Origin: a virus
Lineage: Duplodnaviria > Caudoviricetes
DNA: 36,318 nucleotides
Reading direction: 5' to 3' (one strand)
Virus record (IMG/VR): IMGVR_UViG_3300020128_000050
Span: 1-36,318 of that record
Part shown: positions 34,137 through 36,318 of the stretch, piece after piece
How positions within the stretch are numbered: the first letter of the stretch is position 1
Layout of the letters: each line of letters begins with the position of its first letter
The notes under the pieces: generated by a model
Told to the model about the DNA's origin: nothing
Databases searched by the model: none
The model's input: only the letters and a program-made list of their open reading frames with translations
Translations under genes and position numbers: made by a program

Positions 34137-35075
34137 GCGGAACTGCTGGGTCAATGGCGTCTCGTTACAGCGTCCTCACCTTGGACAGGCCGCGACGGCG
34201 CGGGCCTGTTTTCCATGGGTGGAAATCTCCACATGGTGGGCGGATGGAACCCCATTGCGTGGACGCCTTACGTCCGCAACGAGCACTGGAAATCGACCGA
34301 CGATGGCAAGACCTGGGTGCAACTTGCGGACGCGCCATGGGAGGCGCGGCACTCGGCGGGATGGCTCAACCATAACGGCAAATTCTTCGTCATCGGCGGC
34401 GACACACAGCTTGGTCACTATCAGCGTGATGTCTGGGCTTATGACGATGTGAACGGCTGGGTGCAGAAGGCGGCAACAACACCATGGGGCAAGCGCGTGC
34501 TGCATGAGGTTGCCAGCCATGACGGGAAAATCTGGGTCATAGCCGGGCAGACGCTCGACGAATTTGTCGATGCCGGCGACCGCGTGAACATGACGCCGAA
34601 GCACTACACTGATGTGTGGTCATCGGCCGACGAAGGCGCGACCTGGACGCTCGAAACCAACGCACTCTCCTTTGGGCCGATGTCTACGGTCATCGGAGTG
34701 CCGTTCGTGAACGGGAAATTCTGGATGATTGGAGGAGGTCGATACGCCACGGAGGGTTGGCCTGACACCTTCTATGACACAGCATTCTCGTCGCCTGATC
34801 TCATTACATGGACCCTCGAAAGCACGGTGCCGGTCGGAGCGCTTCGCTACAATGCGGTGGTTGCCTTCAAAGATCATATCGTGAGCATCGGCGGGGTGGA
34901 CGGGGCGAACACCAATAGTCAGTTCGTTATTGCGTCGAAAGACGGCGTGAACTGGCGCAACTTGTCGCCAGCTCCATGGGCCGCGCGCCACGCTATGAGC
35001 GCGTGTGTGCACAAGGGTGAGGTCTACATGCTGGGCGGCCCGCTCAGCGACACGAGCGTGTGGGCGCTGAGCTAG
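34131..35075 (+). CDS. Kelch-like beta-propeller domain, likely translated as a frameshift extension of the tail fibre (first ATG at 34215)
   Basis: Repeats PWxxR-x11-12-GG. The first repeat (SPWTGRDGAGLFSMGGNLHMVGG) starts upstream of the ATG, which has no RBS. Confidence 0.8.
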   Translation, partial: PKAELLGQWRLVTASSPWTGRDGAGLFSMGGNLHMVGGWNPIAWTPYVRNEHWKSTDDGKTWVQLADAPWEARHSAGWLNHNGKFFVIGGDTQLGHYQRDVWAYDDVNGWVQKAATTPWGKRVLHEVASHDGKIWVIAGQTLDEFVDAGDRVNMTPKHYTDVWSSADEGATWTLETNALSFGPMSTVIGVPFVNGKFWMIGGGRYATEGWPDTFYDTAFSSPDLITWTLESTVPVGALRYNAVVAFKDHIVSIGGVDGANTNSQFVIASKDGVNWRNLSPAPWAARHAMSACVHKGEVYMLGGPLSDTSVWALS

Positions 35076-35108
35076 CCCAATCTTTTTTCACCGTCATAGG
35101 AGGCCGAA

Positions 35109-35720
35109 ATGGCCATAAACAGTGCAGCCCTCGCGCTCATCAAGGAGCACGAGGGGCTGAGGCTCGACGCCTATCCCGATCCTGCCCACGGCTGGTCCGT
35201 GCCGACTATCGGCTATGGCCACACTTCTGCGGCCGGCGCGCCCAAGGTGGTCAAGGGCATGCGCATCACGGCCAGGGAGGCCGAGACGATCCTGAAACGC
35301 GATCTGGCCGCCGTCGAGGCCGATGTGCTCCGGCAGGTCAAAGTGCCGCTCAACGCCAACCAGTTCGGGGCGCTGGTGTCCTTCACGTTCAATCTGGGCT
35401 CGGGCAACCTGCGCAAGTCCACGCTGCTTAAGCGGCTGAACGCCGGAGCTTATCAGGATGCGGCGGCGCAATTCGCGCTCTGGGTCAATGCGGCGGGCAA
35501 ACCGCTTCCCGGCCTGGTCAAGCGCCGGGAGGCCGAGCGGGCGCTGTTCCTGACGCCCACGGCGGCGGCCGCGCCGCCGGTATCGCCCGGCACTGAACCC
35601 GGTTCCGTACCGCCTGACAAGGCACCGGCCTCCGGCATTGCCGGGTTTCTCATTCTCGCAGCCGTCATCCTCGGGGTGGCGGTTTTTTTCATTGCTCGCG
35701 CCACAGGAGGCATTCAATGA
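35109..35720 (+). CDS. Endolysin, GH24 lysozyme with a Pro/Ala linker and a C-terminal TM segment
   Basis: KEHEGLRLDAYPD...PTIGYGHT, ALVSFTFNLG, GLVKRREAE; hydrophobic C-terminus. Confidence 0.93.
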   Translation: MAINSAALALIKEHEGLRLDAYPDPAHGWSVPTIGYGHTSAAGAPKVVKGMRITAREAETILKRDLAAVEADVLRQVKVPLNANQFGALVSFTFNLGSGNLRKSTLLKRLNAGAYQDAAAQFALWVNAAGKPLPGLVKRREAERALFLTPTAAAAPPVSPGTEPGSVPPDKAPASGIAGFLILAAVILGVAVFFIARATGGIQ

Positions 35721-36031
35721 GCACCATTCTCTCCCGCATCTTCACCGGCCCCTTCATCGTTACCGTGCTGCGCTACCTGCTCGGTGCCGTAGGTGCCTGG
35801 CTGTTCACGCGCGGCCTGATCGATGAAGGCACCTGGGCGACCATTAGTGGGGCCATCCTCACCATTGTGGTCGCGCTGATGGGTGGCGCGGACGCCGTCA
35901 AGGACAAGGCTGTGATCGACGGCAAGGCCGTGGCGGTGAATGCGCTGCCGGCGGATGCCCGTGCCCGGCTGGAAGCGGCGGTGTCCGTGACCAAACCGAG
36001 GACGATTCTGGACATCCTTTTCGGCAGGTGA
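35717..36031 (+). CDS. Putative holin (two TM)
   Basis: VLRYLLGAVGAWLFTRGLID...ISGAILTIV; ATGA-coupled to the endolysin. Confidence 0.7.
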   Translation: MSTILSRIFTGPFIVTVLRYLLGAVGAWLFTRGLIDEGTWATISGAILTIVVALMGGADAVKDKAVIDGKAVAVNALPADARARLEAAVSVTKPRTILDILFGR

Positions 36032-36084
36032 CTATGGGGGCGGCTCCGGCCGCCTCTTTCTTTTCTATCAGGTCGGAGGCCGGC

Positions 36085-36318
36085 ATGAATGCGCCGCGCA
36101 TAAAGAACGAAATCACCATCGGCTCCCTTGCTTCGTTGCTGGGGCTGATCGTGACCATCCTGGGATTCGGGATCGCCATCGGGAATGCCCAGACGGATAT
36201 TGCGGCGCTCAAGGCGGGGCAGGTGCAGTCTTCCGCCGATAGTCGTGCCCTGATCCGCCTCCAGGCCGATATGGACTATCTCAAGGGCGCGGTGGACGAG
36301 CTGCGTGGCAGGAAGTGA
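36085..36318 (+). CDS. Single-TM coiled-coil lysis-region protein
   Basis: GGAGG RBS; TM segment followed by a heptad tail; stop at the window end. Confidence 0.7.
   Translation: MNAPRIKNEITIGSLASLLGLIVTILGFGIAIGNAQTDIAALKAGQVQSSADSRALIRLQADMDYLKGAVDELRGRK

Noticed and set aside
32180-35075. Diversity-generating retroelement or invertible tail-fibre cassette
   Set aside because: No reverse transcriptase, invertase, TR/VR pair or inverted crossover sites seen.

Overview
The window is a contiguous section of a temperate alphaproteobacterial phage or prophage (Hyphomicrobiales-like host inferred from a GapR homologue, an alpha-type LexA box and a CtrA box). It has lambdoid regulatory organisation and a P22-like podovirus morphogenesis module. 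From left to right it contains: early-left genes (the first truncated inside a 27-bp tandem repeat); pL with two operators; a ~3.8-kb cassette-like accessory block (structured-leader gene, secreted thermonuclease, unannotated 49-aa CxxCxxH peptide, DUF4258/HTH toxin-antitoxin pair); a peptidase-less repressor and cro with three operators; GapR-like, CII-like, replication-initiator (with iterons) and DUF4942 adenine methyltransferase genes; a late regulator; a highly structured late leader; RcGTA-type head-spike genes; terS/terL, portal, scaffold, major capsid, two adaptors, nozzle, GNAT and three ejection proteins; an antisense moron; tail fibres; a Kelch domain; endolysin and holin. The strongest non-obvious signals are (1) a CCC-TAA +1 frameshift that would fuse a Kelch propeller onto a tail fibre, (2) a LexA-boxed promoter and small ORF running antisense into the non-cleavable repressor, (3) related terminator/boundary elements delimiting the accessory cassettes, with RNA-structured leaders, and (4) a CtrA-box promoter near pL. 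All family assignments come from motif recognition; no database searches were run.
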